Source of the DNA: Octopus sinensis
Taxonomy: Eukaryota
DNA: 64,000 nt
Reading direction: 5' to 3'
Assembly (NCBI RefSeq): GCF_006345805.1
Contig: NC_043013.1
Coordinates: 50,778,001-50,842,000 of the forward strand
Positions 62,646 to 64,000 of the stretch are shown here, one piece after another. A model generated the notes under the pieces. The model had not been told where the DNA came from, did no database searches, and saw only the letters and a list, made by a program, of their open reading frames with translations. Position 1 is the first letter of the stretch, and each line of letters begins with the position of its first letter. Both the position numbers and the translations under genes were made by a program.

Positions 62646-63029
62646 CTAAGGGGTCCCTCACTCCCAGAGGTCTTTTAGTACACTGGACACCAACCCAGAA
62701 TTTCTAAGGGCCTTTGCTATATCTAAGGAGTACCTCACTCCCAAGGGTCTTCCAGCACACTGGATGCTAACCAGAATTTCTAAGGAGCTGTGCAATAGCT
62801 AAGGAGTACCTCACTCCTAGTGGTCTTCCAGCACACTGGACGCCAACCCAGAATTTCTAAGGAGCTGTGCAATAGCTAAGGAGTACCTCACTGCCAGTGG
62901 TCTTGTAGCACACTGGACACCAACCCAGAATTTCTAAGGGCCTGTGCTATAGCTAAGGAGTACCTCACTCCCAGGGGTCTTCCAGCTCACCAGACACCAA
63001 CCCAGAAATTCAGAGGGTCCATGCTATTG
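62646..63029. repeat. 77-bp minisatellite, 5 copies
   Basis: Units start CTAAGG(A/G)GT at 62646, 62723, 62799, 62876 and 62953; spacing 76-77 bp. Confidence 0.93.
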
Positions 63030-63479
63030 CTAGATAGTCATTGAACCTACCCTAGATTCATCTGTCCTTTTAACAGGTCTTGTTTTCAGTCCTGCTGGAT
63101 TTCTAGCAATCCTCCTCACCAGGCATGTCTAGTGAAGTTGCTAGTTGAGTCACCAACGACCTGATCATGCAACAGGTTATGCTAGATTTCATGTTACTAG
63201 TAGCACTCATGAGAGACCTCACAAGTGACCTGACAGTCACAGTACATTGGTCAAGCTGAAGCTTTAAATCCTTGCCTAAGGTCATGACTGCACAGTGAAA
63301 TTGAACCTGAAATATACCTGAAAACCTATAATTCTGAAGTACATACTTACATATAGAACTGTTTGATTTAAAATATTTTTTATTGATTTATTTGTTTAAT
63401 TCTATTGATTTAAAAAAAAAGAATATCCAACTTCTATAACGACCTCTCTCTCGCTCTCTTTCTATTTCCCCTTTACATT

Positions 63480-64000
63480 GACATCAACAACAACTACTGC
63501 CACCACTACCACAATTACTACTACCACCACCACCACCACCACACTCACTTCTGCTTCTACCACAACCACCACCACCACTACTACTACAACCACTACTGCT
63601 ACCACCACCACCATCATCACTAACACCACAATTACCACAACTACTACTACTACTATTACCACCACCACCGTTACTACTACCATTACCACCACCACCACAA
63701 CTACCACTATTGCTACTATTACTACTACTACCACCACCACCATCATTACTACTACCATTACCACCACCACCACAACCACTATTGCTACTACTACTATTAC
63801 TACTACTACCACCACCACCACCACCACACTCACTTCTGCTTCTACCACAACCACCACCACCACTACTACTACAACCACTACTGCTACCACCACCACCATC
63901 ATCACTAACACCACAATTACCACAACTACTACTACTACTATTACCACCACCACCGTTACTACTACCATTACCACCACCACCACAACTACCACTATTGCTA
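63480..64000. repeat. (ACC/ACT)n array with a 285-bp higher-order duplication; runs off the window
   Basis: ACACTCACTTCTGCTTCTACCAC at 63541 and 63826 with colinear continuation. Confidence 0.9.

Noticed and set aside
62646-63029. CRISPR-like regular spacing in the 77-bp and 149-bp arrays and at 1-460
   Set aside because: Units are similar along their whole length with no unique spacers, no cas genes are present, and the context is eukaryotic.
6307-64000. Many long ORFs rich in Y/I/C/V, poly-N, poly-T, poly-P, poly-L or poly-H in the ORF track
   Set aside because: They are direct translations of di- and trinucleotide microsatellites, open on both strands, with no domain content.

Overview
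Eukaryotic, AT-rich, almost entirely repetitive DNA. The SINE families and extreme microsatellite load look like an octopus (coleoid cephalopod) genome; that assignment is from recognition, not a database search. I find no intact host protein-coding gene, and most ORF-track entries are translations of (TA)n, (CA)n, (AAT)n or (ACC)n repeats. Supported content: a frameshifted 5'-truncated RTE LINE with an internal PHD finger (1-3728, minus); further RTE, Tx1/L1-like and Penelope-like (GIY-YIG) fragments; dozens of tRNA-type SINEs; a Helitron; tandem Helentron-type HINEs; a Tc1/mariner-type MITE; a composite hAT-like unit with an 8-bp TSD; a 3.0-kb tandem duplication carrying 5S rRNA-derived copies; several minisatellites; and a 100-N gap. 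The most notable observation is a set of at least five unrelated type I hammerhead-ribozyme-like motifs, folded by eye (about 5.7, 28.6/31.6, 36.0/36.5, 43.1 and 44.8 kb). Some have very long stem II, one sits in a 1-kb foldback, and one may nest a second hammerhead on the opposite strand. No ribozyme activity is shown, and repeat boundaries are approximate unless given as exact.
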